Below, in pieces: positions 28,203-39,375 of a stretch of DNA of 64,000 nucleotides; position 1 is the stretch's first letter; every line of letters begins with the position of its first letter. Below the pieces are notes generated by a model. The model did no database searches, was not told the origin of the DNA, and saw only the letters and a list, made by a program, of their open reading frames with translations. Position numbers and translations under genes: made by a program. This DNA comes from Candidatus Enterousia sp. (GTDB taxonomy: Bacteria; Pseudomonadota; Alphaproteobacteria; Rs-D84), in the NCBI GenBank assembly GCA_045613785.1, contig JAZLBQ010000007.1, forward strand, positions 1-64,000, in the 5' to 3' direction.

Positions 28203-30245
28203 TCAGAATCCAATTTTGTTTGTTTTTTTTGCGTCTTTTTTTACGTTCATTTCTGCACGCAGTAAATCCACAATTGGTGCCAGTTCACTTATCCCCAAGA
28301 TTTCTGCCTTGCGTTTAGCAACGACAAAATCCCCTGGTGTCAGATGCGATAAATTCCGTATATCAGAATCATCAGGGCAAAGTCCGAAAAAGTGTCTGAA
28401 TGCCCGTTGCACTTGGTTTGGTGTCATATAGTCATATTTAATCTTGAACAAGAAGCGTCGCAATGATGCACTGTCCATATCGTTCATCAGATTTGTTGTG
28501 CAAACAAAAGGCACTGTTGCACTTTCCATCTGGGTCAGCATTTCATTTACGCCTGATATTTCCCAACTGGCATTTGCTTTGGATCTATCACGCAGGAATG
28601 AATCTGCCTCGTCAAATATCAGCATTGCTTTTTCGCTGGCGGCCTGGGCGAATGCGGCAGCGATATTTTTTTCTGTTTCACCGACCCACATACTTTTCAG
28701 GTCGCTGGCTCGTTTGAATATCACTTTCATACCCATTTTTTCTGCCAGATATCGTGCATACGCAGATTTACCTGTTCCACTTGCACCATACAGGCACAGT
28801 GAAAAGTTTTTACACTTGCCCCCCAGAATCTGCTGGGTAAGTTTCATCATATCGACATCTGTGTTCAGCAATTCGGCATCAAATTCCACGTCTGCTTTTT
28901 GTGCTTCGATTTGTTTTTTTCCTGTGATTGCCACACACAGTGAATCGATAGTTTTTTCAATGGCATCCTGATTTTTTGTCAGCTTGGCAGATTTTACCGC
29001 AGTATCAATCAGACCAGGTGCAACATCGTATTTTTTTGCGTATTTTTTTATATCTGTGGCAGACATTTTGTATTTATGCTGTTTGCAGATATTTTGCCAG
29101 ATTTGAATTTTCTGGTTTTCTTCTGGTTTTTTCAATTCCAGGCAATACGTAAATCTACGCAGATATGCACGATCCATTGAATTTATGTCATTAGTTGTCC
29201 ATATTACGGGTCGCTTGTTTCGTTCCAAAAGTTGATTCAAAGACAATTTTGAAACAGCATTTGGATTGAATTTATTATATGTAAAAAGATCTTCGGCTTC
29301 GTCCAGCAATACCACAGAACTTGTATCCTTGCCCAGGATTCTTTGTGCGTGCATCAGATAAGACAGATTTACATTTTTTTCTTGTCTGGTTTTATTTGAT
29401 GTGTGCAATCCATACAAATCATACCCCAGTTCACTGACAATCTGTTTTGTCATTTCTGTTTTGCCGGTTCCTGTCTGTCCATAGATTAGGATATTTATTC
29501 CGGTTGATTTATGTTTAACGGCATTATCGACCAGCGACTTGATATAGTCATATTCGTTTTGGACGTGTGAAAAATCCAGACCTTTGTTTCCATGGTGCAC
29601 ATCACCCAACAAAATCTTTTTCAGTTTTTCCACACTTTGCGGGCCGTTGGCAATACTGCGTTGAATAAATCTGTTCATTGCCAAATCGCCGTCTTCATCG
29701 ATAATCAACAGACCTGCATTTACCAGTGTTCCATCGTCGTCCAAGGCTTTACGAATTTTGCTTTCAGACAAATCACAAAATGCCGCAATCAAGCCAATGT
29801 TATTCAAGTTAAAACCGCTGTTAAATCGGTGCGAATCAATGATTTCATTGACCAGCGTCCGCATAGTCCGAAATCGGGTCAGATTCACGAACAACTGCAA
29901 AATCTGACGCTCGGTTTTTGAGATGTCAAACAGTTCAGCCAAACAATCAGTGCATTTGTCGCTACCTGGCACAGATATATCTACAATCTTTTGATTTCCC
30001 AGAACATAACGTAACGTTTGAACATTTCGCTGGTATTCTGGCTGTATGTCATCGTCATTTTCATCTGGCACCCTGTGACGCAGACGCATTCTGCCTGTTC
30101 TGCCCCATTTGTCGCAAATGTCAAACCCCAGAATATCCTTGGAAACATCTTCGAAATATTCCAACAGACTTTCAGTGGTCTTGCTGGGCAACTTGCATTT
30201 AATCAAGTTATTCAGATAATATTTTACAACATCTTTTTTATTCAT
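28203..30245 (-). CDS. Tandem AAA+ ATPase (SpoVK/Ycf46/Vps4-like)
   Basis: Two Walker A (GQTGTGKT, GASGTGKS) and two Walker B (LLDEAE, IFDEAD); ends IGF. Confidence 0.9.
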   Translation of the reverse strand: MNKKDVVKYYLNNLIKCKLPSKTTESLLEYFEDVSKDILGFDICDKWGRTGRMRLRHRVPDENDDDIQPEYQRNVQTLRYVLGNQKIVDISVPGSDKCTDCLAELFDISKTERQILQLFVNLTRFRTMRTLVNEIIDSHRFNSGFNLNNIGLIAAFCDLSESKIRKALDDDGTLVNAGLLIIDEDGDLAMNRFIQRSIANGPQSVEKLKKILLGDVHHGNKGLDFSHVQNEYDYIKSLVDNAVKHKSTGINILIYGQTGTGKTEMTKQIVSELGYDLYGLHTSNKTRQEKNVNLSYLMHAQRILGKDTSSVVLLDEAEDLFTYNKFNPNAVSKLSLNQLLERNKRPVIWTTNDINSMDRAYLRRFTYCLELKKPEENQKIQIWQNICKQHKYKMSATDIKKYAKKYDVAPGLIDTAVKSAKLTKNQDAIEKTIDSLCVAITGKKQIEAQKADVEFDAELLNTDVDMMKLTQQILGGKCKNFSLCLYGASGTGKSAYARYLAEKMGMKVIFKRASDLKSMWVGETEKNIAAAFAQAASEKAMLIFDEADSFLRDRSKANASWEISGVNEMLTQMESATVPFVCTTNLMNDMDSASLRRFLFKIKYDYMTPNQVQRAFRHFFGLCPDDSDIRNLSHLTPGDFVVAKRKAEILGISELAPIVDLLRAEMNVKKDAKKTNKIGF

Positions 30246-30283
30246 ACGTATTCCTGTGTTTTGTTTATATATATTATTATAGT

Positions 30284-30646
30284 TTATTCACCGGACGTTT
30301 CTGGACCGTCCAAGAACACATCGATACAATTTTCTGTTTCTGAGGGTGCATTTTTGGTCAATTCGACAGCGATATTTTTTTTCGACATCATTGCATATGA
30401 TTCCCAGTTTTGAACAGCCACCTTGACCCAGCACGCACAGAAAGCATCTTGTTTGCTGGCCAAGAAATTGATGATTTCATCATTTGTGGACATATCTGAC
30501 ATCATATCGTCATATTGCACCGCACAGGCAATTTCTGCGGCCTGTCTGACCCGGATTTGCACCCCATGTGCCAGCCCCAGCAATCCAGCAACCAGAACAG
30601 ACAGCCCAATCAAGATATATTTACAGTTGTTTTTTAGCCATTGCAT
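30284..30646 (-). CDS. Hypothetical membrane-anchored protein
   Basis: N-terminal TM helix; CAC motif; overlaps the upstream gene. Confidence 0.7.
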   Translation of the reverse strand: MQWLKNNCKYILIGLSVLVAGLLGLAHGVQIRVRQAAEIACAVQYDDMMSDMSTNDEIINFLASKQDAFCACWVKVAVQNWESYAMMSKKNIAVELTKNAPSETENCIDVFLDGPETSGE

Positions 30647-31038
30647 TTGCGATTCCTTTCTTCATTGCGTTTATTTTGTTTTTTCATCATTTTCCAAACT
30701 TCGTTTTTTGCAATTTGTTTCAGATAAAAATCAGAAGCAAAAGGCATTTCATTTTCCAGTTCGTCCTGTCTTTCACGGATAAATCGTTTTTGATTTTTCT
30801 TTTTGTATAAATTCACCCCGTTTATAATATCCCGACATTCTGTATGAAATTCATCATATTCTATAATGTTATTTTTCCATTTGCCACTGACAGTGTTTAT
30901 TTTTTTTCTGTGTCTGGGCAGATTGTTGAAAAAGACATCAAACTTATCATAGTGTGTTTCTGTATGTCTGATACGTGCCAGTTCTCGGTTGCTGGCATAG
31001 TCATATTTATATCCATCAAATCTTACTGTTCTTGACAT
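30634..31038 (-). CDS. Hypothetical basic protein
   Basis: 134-aa ORF with an AAGGAG RBS. Confidence 0.7.
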   Translation of the reverse strand: MSRTVRFDGYKYDYASNRELARIRHTETHYDKFDVFFNNLPRHRKKINTVSGKWKNNIIEYDEFHTECRDIINGVNLYKKKNQKRFIRERQDELENEMPFASDFYLKQIAKNEVWKMMKKQNKRNEERNRKCNG

Positions 31039-31177
31039 TTTATACTCCTTTGGTTGGTTTATATATTATGAATATAAACCGCACAACGGACAGATGTGGA
31101 CCGGTGTAAAAGCAGTGTATAATTTTTTGTGGTTGGGACAGGGTAGGGAATAAAAAAACGCCCGTCTGGGCGAATTT

Positions 31178-32758
31178 TTATCTGTGGTTTGTGATTAAAT
31201 CACGAAAGACTTGAATTACTTCGTCCTGTTTTTGTTTTGGGACGGTTCCGTCTTCGAATTTATTTATGATATTGATTGCAGGATTTCCCGCTTTTTTGAT
31301 GCCACAGAAAGTTTCAATATCTTTTGGCCAACAGTAAGACCATTCTGTCAAATTTGAGAATTCATTTTGGACATCTTTGTTATCTTGTCTGTTTGGATCG
31401 CCGTCTTGGTCAAACAATACGGCATGACGGATATTATAGTTGTTTAACACCTTCAAGAAATATGGCATAGACCATTTTCCGACAGTTTCAACCAGTGTAA
31501 TATTTTGAGTCAGGCTGTTTGGCAAATCTCCCCGACGACACAGATAGTTATACAGCATATATTCAGTTGGTCCTTCGACTAAAATGACCTTTTTAGCAAA
31601 GAAAATATCACTGCGAGGTCTGTCAAAATACACCATATTTTTTGCCAACTGTAATTCAGAATCAGGAATTTTGTTTTGGTGAATTTTTGTTTGACCACCA
31701 TCACGTTCTGTTCTGATAATTCCTTTCAGATCCATAATATCCTGAGAAACCAACTGTGGCGAGTGTGTTGTCACGATAACCTGCTGATTTGGAATTGATG
31801 AAAATTGTTTAATATCGTATGCCAAATCATTTACAGCAGCAGGGTGCAGTGATACTTCTGGTTCTTCGAACAACAATAAATTCATCTGTGGCAAGAACAC
31901 ATCGGGTTCTTTTTTTGTCTGTTGTAATAACCAGTCAACAGAAGCGGTGGAAATTTCATCTTGTCTTTGTTTGAAATTTGCTTCGGCTGCATACTTTGCA
32001 CTCAATTTAATAAGAGCCGCAATAATTCTGCGTTGGACACCTGTTCCCATTTGTTCCAGGTTCATCATTCCCGCACTATCTTCGATATTCATAGATATGA
32101 TGAATTTTAACATTTCTTCGGGTGTAATACGTCTTGGGCTAAGGTTTACACGCACACCTGCCGATAAAATTTCATTGCTGACTTCATGTCCAACTTTTTC
32201 GATATATGGCATTGCAAAGTTCATCATAGGCAGAATTTTTTCTTCAAATTCCTTTTGGAATTTTGGGTTTCTGCAAATCATGCTGACCAGTCCGTTCAAT
32301 GCAGAAGTTCCGGACATTTTTGTGTTTTCTTTGACATCAACAACCGCTGGCACATAAATTAAATTGCCCAAGAAGTCAGTTTTTGATCCACGTCTGCCAC
32401 GAAATCCGCCACGTTCCAGTCCCTTGGCTGTGTATGCCTGAAAAGGTTTTGAGGGGGACAGACTTTTACGAATTTTTAGTTTCTTATAATCTGTCCGGTA
32501 TTTTTTATCCAGGGTATAAAATTCGCTGTCTGTTAAATCATATTCAACTTCTATCCAGGCATTTTTATCATCGATATGTGCAGCATTATGCAAATCAGTT
32601 GCCTCGAAACGGATATCGCCGTAAAAGCAACGAATAGCATCGACTATATTGCTTTTACCAACATTGTTTTCGCCAACAATAATTGTATAGTCCTGTAAAT
32701 ATACAACTGCGTCCTGTATAGAACGAAAGTTATGAATATGAATATTGTTTATTTTCAT
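31178..32758 (-). CDS. OLD-family ATP-dependent nuclease (ABC ATPase plus TOPRIM)
   Basis: NFRSI, GENNVGKS, MGTGVQR, FEEPEVSLHP, TTHSP, ILVEGPTE, DQD. Confidence 0.9.
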   Translation of the reverse strand: MKINNIHIHNFRSIQDAVVYLQDYTIIVGENNVGKSNIVDAIRCFYGDIRFEATDLHNAAHIDDKNAWIEVEYDLTDSEFYTLDKKYRTDYKKLKIRKSLSPSKPFQAYTAKGLERGGFRGRRGSKTDFLGNLIYVPAVVDVKENTKMSGTSALNGLVSMICRNPKFQKEFEEKILPMMNFAMPYIEKVGHEVSNEILSAGVRVNLSPRRITPEEMLKFIISMNIEDSAGMMNLEQMGTGVQRRIIAALIKLSAKYAAEANFKQRQDEISTASVDWLLQQTKKEPDVFLPQMNLLLFEEPEVSLHPAAVNDLAYDIKQFSSIPNQQVIVTTHSPQLVSQDIMDLKGIIRTERDGGQTKIHQNKIPDSELQLAKNMVYFDRPRSDIFFAKKVILVEGPTEYMLYNYLCRRGDLPNSLTQNITLVETVGKWSMPYFLKVLNNYNIRHAVLFDQDGDPNRQDNKDVQNEFSNLTEWSYCWPKDIETFCGIKKAGNPAINIINKFEDGTVPKQKQDEVIQVFRDLITNHR

Positions 32759-32759
32759 T

Positions 32760-33317
32760 TTACTTTTTTTTGTATCTGATGTGAGTTTCTTCGATAATCA
32801 GCATTCTTATCTGGACATGCTTTTCAAAATCACGACGAGCCTGTTCCTGTGTTAGCAGGTTTTTACGATTTTTATTATTTTTTCTATTATCGTATTTTCT
32901 GTCGTAACGTTTGTGAGCCTGGTATTTCAACAGTCCTTGGATATAATGATTTTCTTCCCATAAAACAGAATACAGGTATTTTTTTGCCTGATTACGTGTC
33001 ATATTTGGAGCACGCATAAAGTAAGCCGACAAATAATCCGCAACCATTTTTACAAAAGCACCCAAGAAATTTGGATCTGTTGATTTTGCATCTCTGGAAT
33101 CCAGAGTTCTGATATATGTTTTTGTTTGCAAGATGATGAAATTTTCAATTTCTTTATCCCATCTAAAATCATAACGCCATTTGTTTCTGATGTTTTCAGA
33201 TATTGCATATGAATATCCGATTTTATCGTGACCGATTACTTCGCCCTGGATAAAACGAATATAGTTATGAAATAACTTTTCAGACGCACTGTTTTTTTGA
33301 GCTTGTTTTGCTGACAT
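32760..33317 (-). CDS. Hypothetical protein coupled to the OLD gene
   Basis: 185-aa ORF, stop 1 nt from the OLD start; TTGACA promoter upstream. Confidence 0.7.
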   Translation of the reverse strand: MSAKQAQKNSASEKLFHNYIRFIQGEVIGHDKIGYSYAISENIRNKWRYDFRWDKEIENFIILQTKTYIRTLDSRDAKSTDPNFLGAFVKMVADYLSAYFMRAPNMTRNQAKKYLYSVLWEENHYIQGLLKYQAHKRYDRKYDNRKNNKNRKNLLTQEQARRDFEKHVQIRMLIIEETHIRYKKK

Positions 33318-33417
33318 AATTTATAACCCTTGGTTCGTGTATTTACACTAATAATATAGAACAAAAAATAAATTTGTCAACTGTTAAAGAGGCGAATTAA
33401 ATGAAAAACACAGGTTT

Positions 33418-34143
33418 TTACGCCTGTGCCTTATTTTTAAGAATGTGGTATTCAATTTGAATCGCTGTTCCAATTCCTGATTCACGCATTTTTTTGGAAA
33501 AAGCGGTGCAATTATGAAATTCTGTTTCCAGTGTTCCCCATCCAGAATATTCCCAATCAATCAGCCCAACAATATCCATTGTCTTCATGTCCACAATAAT
33601 ATTATTGCAGATATCATTGTGGTTCCAACCGTCCCCTTCACCTGTTTTCAGATCTGCAATCTCTGCTGGATCTGCATTATGCATTGCGGCAATAAACTCT
33701 GCCAACTGGCGTCCCCACTTCCAACCATTCTTTGAAATCGCCTTCAATGACATACGGTTCAAATTTTTCCCTGGAATAAAATTATACTTATAGAACGTAA
33801 AACCACGTGATTCAATAATATCAATCCGAGGAATTTTCAGCGGAACGATTTTACCAAATGCATCAGTAATACGCTTTTCACGCATAATTTTTTCAATTGG
33901 GATTTGCTTGTCATAAAACTTTCGTATTTTGCACACATACTTGTTATTGACGATAAAGCCGATATTCCAGCCACCTTTGATAACACGCACACGCTTAAAT
34001 TCCGCACGGGGCAGGGCAGACCGTAATGCATTATATTTTTTTCTGTAATCATACAGGTCAACCCGTCTAATTTTTTCACGCAACTTGCGACTGGGGATAA
34101 AGCCTGCTAAAAAATCCAAAATTTCAAAATATAAACGCCACAT
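33418..34143 (-). CDS. APH/choline-kinase-like phosphotransferase
   Basis: HNDICNNIIVD and GLIDWE motifs. Confidence 0.8.
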   Translation of the reverse strand: MWRLYFEILDFLAGFIPSRKLREKIRRVDLYDYRKKYNALRSALPRAEFKRVRVIKGGWNIGFIVNNKYVCKIRKFYDKQIPIEKIMREKRITDAFGKIVPLKIPRIDIIESRGFTFYKYNFIPGKNLNRMSLKAISKNGWKWGRQLAEFIAAMHNADPAEIADLKTGEGDGWNHNDICNNIIVDMKTMDIVGLIDWEYSGWGTLETEFHNCTAFSKKMRESGIGTAIQIEYHILKNKAQA

Positions 34144-34218
34144 CTTCAGAATAATCCTTGGTAAAAAGATAGTATAAATGGTATTGAAAAACAAGAAAAA
34201 AACAAGTATTTTATAGAT

Positions 34219-36411
34219 ATGTTTAATTCCGGCACAATTGTAAAGGTTCTTGTATCAAATATTCCAAACAGTGGCTATGACTATCGCCTGACTGTGCCTG
34301 CGGATATTGGAACATTTGTATCTGTCCGTGTTATGAACCGCCCATGTGTTGGGGTTATTTGGGGGCTAGGGGACAGTAAATTACCGCCTGAAAAAATCAA
34401 GGACATATCGGCTGTCTATCCAAATCGCCTGAATATCACAGACCTGCAATGGATTCAACGAATGTCCCAGTGGACATTGATGCCACTTGGTATGATATTG
34501 CGTTTAATTGTAAATATTCCAGACGCTTTTTCCCCGCCTGCAATGGAACAAATGTATTCTTTTAATGAGGGAACGTCTGTGCGTATGACAGACAATCGTC
34601 TGGCTGTTATGGACGCATTTGCATCAAATGACAACGAGCCAATGACAATATCTGATATACAAAATATATCAGGGGTATCGTCATCTGTTGTTCGCACAAT
34701 GATAAAGAACCAGTCCTTGTTGCCAGTGGCCAGTCGGCCAAAGAATCCCGACCAGTATGTTTATCAATACAGAGACATTGGTAATATTACCCTAAATCCG
34801 CAACAGTCAGCGGCTGCCGATACGATTGGTAAAGCGATAACCAAGGGTGGTTTTTCTGTGCATTTGCTGGACGGAATCACAGGCAGTGGTAAAACCCAGG
34901 TGTATTTTGATTCTGCTTGGCGTGCATACAGTGCTGGGAAATCTGTATTGTTGATGATGCCTGAAATTGCATTGACGGCACAGTTTATTACACGTTTTGA
35001 ATCACGCTTTGGTGCACCGCCGGTTGTCTGGCACAGTAATTTAACGGCTGCTCGTCGTCGTGAAATATGGCGTGGTGTTTTACAAGGCAAAATAAAAATG
35101 GTTGTTGGCACACGCAGTGCATTGTTTTTACCATGGCAAGATATTGGCTTGATTGTTATTGACGAAGAACACGATTCTTCATACAAGCAGGACGACATGG
35201 GCAACTATCACGCTCGTGATATGGCGATTTTGCGTGCAAAAATTGCGGGGTTCCCTGTTGTTTTGGCCAGTGCAACCCCTGCTGCTGAAACATTAGAAAA
35301 TGTATCTGTTGGAAAATATACACAATTGCGGCTTACATCACGATTTGGTGGTGCACAATTACCTAAAATAACAACGATTGATTTACGTGAACACCGTCCT
35401 GTTCCATACTTGGTTGACGGGGTCGAGCAAACAGGTTTTATCTCGCAGCCATTGTGTAAAGCACTAACAGAAACTTTACAAGCCGGCCATCAGGCAATGT
35501 TGTTTATCAATCGTCGTGGTTTTGCACCAATTGTTCAGTGTAAAAAATGTGGCTGGACAGCAACATGTCCTGATTGCAGTGTGGGTATGACTTATCATAA
35601 ACGCCTGGGAAAATTACTGTGCCATATGTGTGGTCGCACGGCTCCGTTAAATACCACATGTCCTGATTGTGGGCTAGATGTATCAATGCGTGGGGTTGGT
35701 TTGGAAAAGATTGAACAAGAAGTAAATATTCGATTTCCAACTGCACGCACTGCATTGGTTTCCAGTGATATCATCACCTCACGCCAGTCGTTAGAGCGTC
35801 TGGTAAATAAAATGGAATCAGGCGAAATAGATATTGTAATCGGCACACAAATCTTGGCCAAGGGGCATCATTTTCCAAACCTGACCTTGGTTGGTGTTGT
35901 TGACAGTGATATGGGCTTGTTTGGTACTGATTTTCGTGCTGCGGAACATACATTCCAACAACTGTTCCAGGTGGCAGGTCGTGCTGGTCGTGGCGAACAC
36001 CCAGGCCAAGTTCTATTACAATCTTATCAGCCAGACCATCCAGTGTTGACTGCAATCTGTGCAGGCGACCGTGATACATTTATGGCGACCGACATGGCAG
36101 GTCGTCGTGCGGCACAAATGCCACCGTATGGACAGTTGATTGCGATAATTGTCGAAGGCGAGCGAGAACCCATCCTGCAACGTTTTTGCAATGAATTGGC
36201 AATGGCTGCACCGAATTTAACAGGTGGTAAAATAATGGGGCCAATCACCGCCCAGATATACCAAATACGCAACTGGTATCGGATGAGATTTTTGGTTGCA
36301 GGTCCTGCAAATGCTGCACTGCAACCGATTGTTTCGCATTGGCTGGCCAAGGTAAAGCAGCCGGCGAATATTCGTGTAAAAATCGACGTAAATCCAATGA
36401 ATTTTATGTAG
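34219..36411 (+). CDS. priA: Primosomal protein N'
   Basis: GITGSGKT, MPEIALT, DEEHD, NRRGF, Cys-rich region, QVAGRAGR. Confidence 0.96.
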   Translation: MFNSGTIVKVLVSNIPNSGYDYRLTVPADIGTFVSVRVMNRPCVGVIWGLGDSKLPPEKIKDISAVYPNRLNITDLQWIQRMSQWTLMPLGMILRLIVNIPDAFSPPAMEQMYSFNEGTSVRMTDNRLAVMDAFASNDNEPMTISDIQNISGVSSSVVRTMIKNQSLLPVASRPKNPDQYVYQYRDIGNITLNPQQSAAADTIGKAITKGGFSVHLLDGITGSGKTQVYFDSAWRAYSAGKSVLLMMPEIALTAQFITRFESRFGAPPVVWHSNLTAARRREIWRGVLQGKIKMVVGTRSALFLPWQDIGLIVIDEEHDSSYKQDDMGNYHARDMAILRAKIAGFPVVLASATPAAETLENVSVGKYTQLRLTSRFGGAQLPKITTIDLREHRPVPYLVDGVEQTGFISQPLCKALTETLQAGHQAMLFINRRGFAPIVQCKKCGWTATCPDCSVGMTYHKRLGKLLCHMCGRTAPLNTTCPDCGLDVSMRGVGLEKIEQEVNIRFPTARTALVSSDIITSRQSLERLVNKMESGEIDIVIGTQILAKGHHFPNLTLVGVVDSDMGLFGTDFRAAEHTFQQLFQVAGRAGRGEHPGQVLLQSYQPDHPVLTAICAGDRDTFMATDMAGRRAAQMPPYGQLIAIIVEGEREPILQRFCNELAMAAPNLTGGKIMGPITAQIYQIRNWYRMRFLVAGPANAALQPIVSHWLAKVKQPANIRVKIDVNPMNFM

Positions 36412-36425
36412 AGTTAAAATTGCAG

Positions 36426-37052
36426 TTATCGAACTTTTTGTGCGATTTCTTCTGCTAACTTAGACGTATTCAATACTTGCTTTTGAATTTTGTCTTGCCC
36501 CAGTGCGGCGATAAATACTGTCACCATCATCGCAGGATAAACGACCGTGCCTGCACCTGTTTTTTCATATCCGAAAATCAAATTGTATGCAATCATACAC
36601 AGCATCGCAATCATATTGCCCAGATAAATACGACAGACATATACTTTCATTTTATGTATTGTCTGGTAAAGTTGTTTTAACTGTTCAATTTTTTTCTGTG
36701 TTTCTGCATCAACATTATTTTTAAAATCATTTTCCAGAATTTGAATAAATGCCCAGATTGCTCTGACAGAACCACGTTTAATTTCTGCAATTGCCAATTT
36801 TATCATCATATCACGGATATCACGGATAAAATCTGCTTGTGCATTTTGCCAATTAGTTGAATTTGTCTTGCTAGGTTCAGTTAAAAACTGGTGAGCCTCA
36901 TTTATCTGTTTAAATTTAGCCTCTGCATTTTTGTTGCCTGGATTTTTATCGGGATGATATTGAATTGCCAGCCGTCGCCAAGCCTTGCGAATATCATCAG
37001 GTGTTGCGTTTGGCTGTAAATTTAATAGTGAAAATGCTTCATCTTTCGTCAT
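36426..37052 (-). CDS. J-domain protein with two C-terminal TM helices
   Basis: YHPDKN...FKQINEA; ends QKVR. Confidence 0.85.
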   Translation of the reverse strand: MTKDEAFSLLNLQPNATPDDIRKAWRRLAIQYHPDKNPGNKNAEAKFKQINEAHQFLTEPSKTNSTNWQNAQADFIRDIRDMMIKLAIAEIKRGSVRAIWAFIQILENDFKNNVDAETQKKIEQLKQLYQTIHKMKVYVCRIYLGNMIAMLCMIAYNLIFGYEKTGAGTVVYPAMMVTVFIAALGQDKIQKQVLNTSKLAEEIAQKVR

Positions 37053-37170
37053 AAGCGGATAAATTAAAGTATAAAAAGGCATATGTCAAATAAATTCCCA
37101 GTTGCAAAAACGGAAAATCGGTATAGAATACAAAACTTAAAGTTTAATAATTTTTTGGGGGTAACAGGCT

Positions 37171-38532
37171 ATGCCAGCAAAAACAGTTCAAGATATAGTA
37201 GCATTATGTAAACGTCGTGGATTTATATTCACAGGCTCGGAAATTTATGGTGGATTGGGTGGTGCGTATGATTACGGTCCATACGGTGTTGAATTGATGA
37301 AGAATATCCGCAATGCATGGTGGAATTCTATGATATATTCACGTGATGACATCGAAGGCCTGGATGCTGCCTTGATATCAAACCGCCTGTTGTGGAAATA
37401 TTCTGGACACGAAGCAGGCTTTTCTGACCCGTTGGTAGAGTGCAAAAAGTGCGGCACTCGTATGCGTCAAGACAAGATGAAAGATATGTCAAAATGTGAT
37501 AATTGTGGCAGCACTGATATCACAGAACCACGTGCATACCAGTTGATGATGGGGCTGTCCATTGGTGCGACGGCGGATGGTGCGATAAATGCATACCTGC
37601 GTCCTGAAACAGCGACCACAACATATACAAATTTCAAGAACGTTCTGGACGCACGTCCACATAAATTACCATTTGGTATTGCTCAAATTGGCAAGGCGTT
37701 CCGTAATGAGATTTCTCCACGTGGATTTGTTTTCCGCATGCGTGAATTTGAACAGGCTGAAATGCAATACTTTGTCAATCCTGTGGACGATGAAAAGTTC
37801 CACAAAATGTGGATGGAACAGCGTATGGCCTGGTGGATTGATGTATTGGGAATTCCTGCGGAAAAATTACGTTTTATGCCACACGAAAAATTGGCACATT
37901 ATGCCAAGGCCGCTGTTGACATTGAATACGAATTCCCAGACGGCTTTGACGAAGTCGAAGGAATTCACAACCGTCAGGATTTTGACTTAGGCTCGCATAC
38001 CAAGGCACAGTCAGATTTCCAAATCCATGCAAATGTTTTGGAAAACACAGACAGCACAACCAAACTGTCGTATTCTGACCCACAAAGCGGCGAAAACTTC
38101 CTGCCATATGTAATTGAAACAGCGATGGGTGTAAATCGTGCTATGTTGGCTGTTATGATTCAGGCGTATGAAGAAGAAGACCTGGGCGATGGCAAAACTC
38201 GCACAGTGTTAAAGTTAAAACCAGCTCTGTCGCCAGTCAAGGCAGCGGTTATTCCATTGGCACGCAACGTTCCAGAATTGGTAAACATTTCAAATGATAT
38301 AGTAAAGCGTTTGCGTTCAATGGCAATTGGTCGCATAGAATTGGAAAATTCTGGCAACATTGGTAAAAACTATCGTCGTCATGACGAAATTGGAACGCCA
38401 GTGTGCATAACTGTTGACCATCAAACGCTGGAAGACAATACCGTAACTTTGCGTCATCGTGATACAATGGCTCAAGAACGTATTGCACTGACCGATGTTC
38501 CACAGCGAATTTTGGAAATAGTAAATGGTTAA
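37171..38532 (+). CDS. glyQS: Glycine-tRNA ligase, alpha2 (homodimeric) type
   Basis: KRRGFIF, YLRPETA, GKAFRNEI, REFEQ, IGKNYRRHDEIGTP. Confidence 0.93.
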   Translation: MPAKTVQDIVALCKRRGFIFTGSEIYGGLGGAYDYGPYGVELMKNIRNAWWNSMIYSRDDIEGLDAALISNRLLWKYSGHEAGFSDPLVECKKCGTRMRQDKMKDMSKCDNCGSTDITEPRAYQLMMGLSIGATADGAINAYLRPETATTTYTNFKNVLDARPHKLPFGIAQIGKAFRNEISPRGFVFRMREFEQAEMQYFVNPVDDEKFHKMWMEQRMAWWIDVLGIPAEKLRFMPHEKLAHYAKAAVDIEYEFPDGFDEVEGIHNRQDFDLGSHTKAQSDFQIHANVLENTDSTTKLSYSDPQSGENFLPYVIETAMGVNRAMLAVMIQAYEEEDLGDGKTRTVLKLKPALSPVKAAVIPLARNVPELVNISNDIVKRLRSMAIGRIELENSGNIGKNYRRHDEIGTPVCITVDHQTLEDNTVTLRHRDTMAQERIALTDVPQRILEIVNG

Positions 38533-38713
38533 AAAATCCCCGTTTGGGGATTTTTTTATGCAAAAAAACGCAAAAAACATAAAAAATAGTCAGTTTTGCA
38601 TAAAATTTTCGACAAAACGCTTGACTTTTATATAAAAAAACATAAAATCTGCATAAACTTTTCGCCAAAAGGCGTAAACAGAATAACAAAACACAACGTA
38701 AGAGAGAAAGAAG

Positions 38714-39013
38714 ATGAGCGAATTTGCAATCTTTCAAACCGGCGGCAAACAATATCGTGTTGCACAAGGCGATATTATCAAGGTTGAAAAACTGAATGCC
38801 GAAGGTTCGGTTGAATTTGACCAAGTTTTAATGGTTGGCGACAAAATTGGAACACCATTTGTTGAAGGTGCCAAGATTGTAGCCGAAGTAGTTGAACAGA
38901 AACGTGCTGACAAGATTTTGGTGTTCAAGAAAAAACGTCGCCAAAACTATCGCCGCACTGCGGGCCATCGTCAGTTCATCACTGTTTTGAAAATCAAAGA
39001 AATCAAAGCATAA
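38714..39013 (+). CDS. rplU: 50S ribosomal protein L21
   Basis: [23 protein letters not shown]. Confidence 0.97.
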   Translation: MSEFAIFQTGGKQYRVAQGDIIKVEKLNAEGSVEFDQVLMVGDKIGTPFVEGAKIVAEVVEQKRADKILVFKKKRRQNYRRTAGHRQFITVLKIKEIKA

Positions 39014-39028
39014 TAAGGGGGCAGAACT

Positions 39029-39298
39029 ATGGCACATAAGAAAGCGGGTTCCGCATCAATGAATGGACGCGACTCTGCAGGACGCAGACTTGGCGTGAAA
39101 AAATCTGGTGGCAGTCGTGTAATCCCAGGTAACATCATCATCCGTCAGCGTGGCACATCTGTCCACCCAGGATTGAATGTTGGTATGGGTAAAGACCACA
39201 CAATCTTTGCAAAGATTGCCGGTATTGTGAAGTTTAAAAAGGGCAACGGCGACCGCAGAACAGTTTCTGTTATCCCAGAAGAAACAGAAGCAAAATAA
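39029..39298 (+). CDS. rpmA: 50S ribosomal protein L27
   Basis: MAHKKAG...NGRDS...RLGVK...RQRGT. Confidence 0.97.
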   Translation: MAHKKAGSASMNGRDSAGRRLGVKKSGGSRVIPGNIIIRQRGTSVHPGLNVGMGKDHTIFAKIAGIVKFKKGNGDRRTVSVIPEETEAK

Positions 39299-39375
39299 TA
39301 AAATCCCCGATTGGGGATTTTTTTTTGTGCAAAAAAACACCCGAACGGGTGTTTTTTTATAGTGTGATATCTTTT

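Noticed and set aside
31178-32758. Gabija system
   Set aside because: No adjacent UvrD-like GajB; the helicase fragment at 7315-8307 is distant and incomplete.
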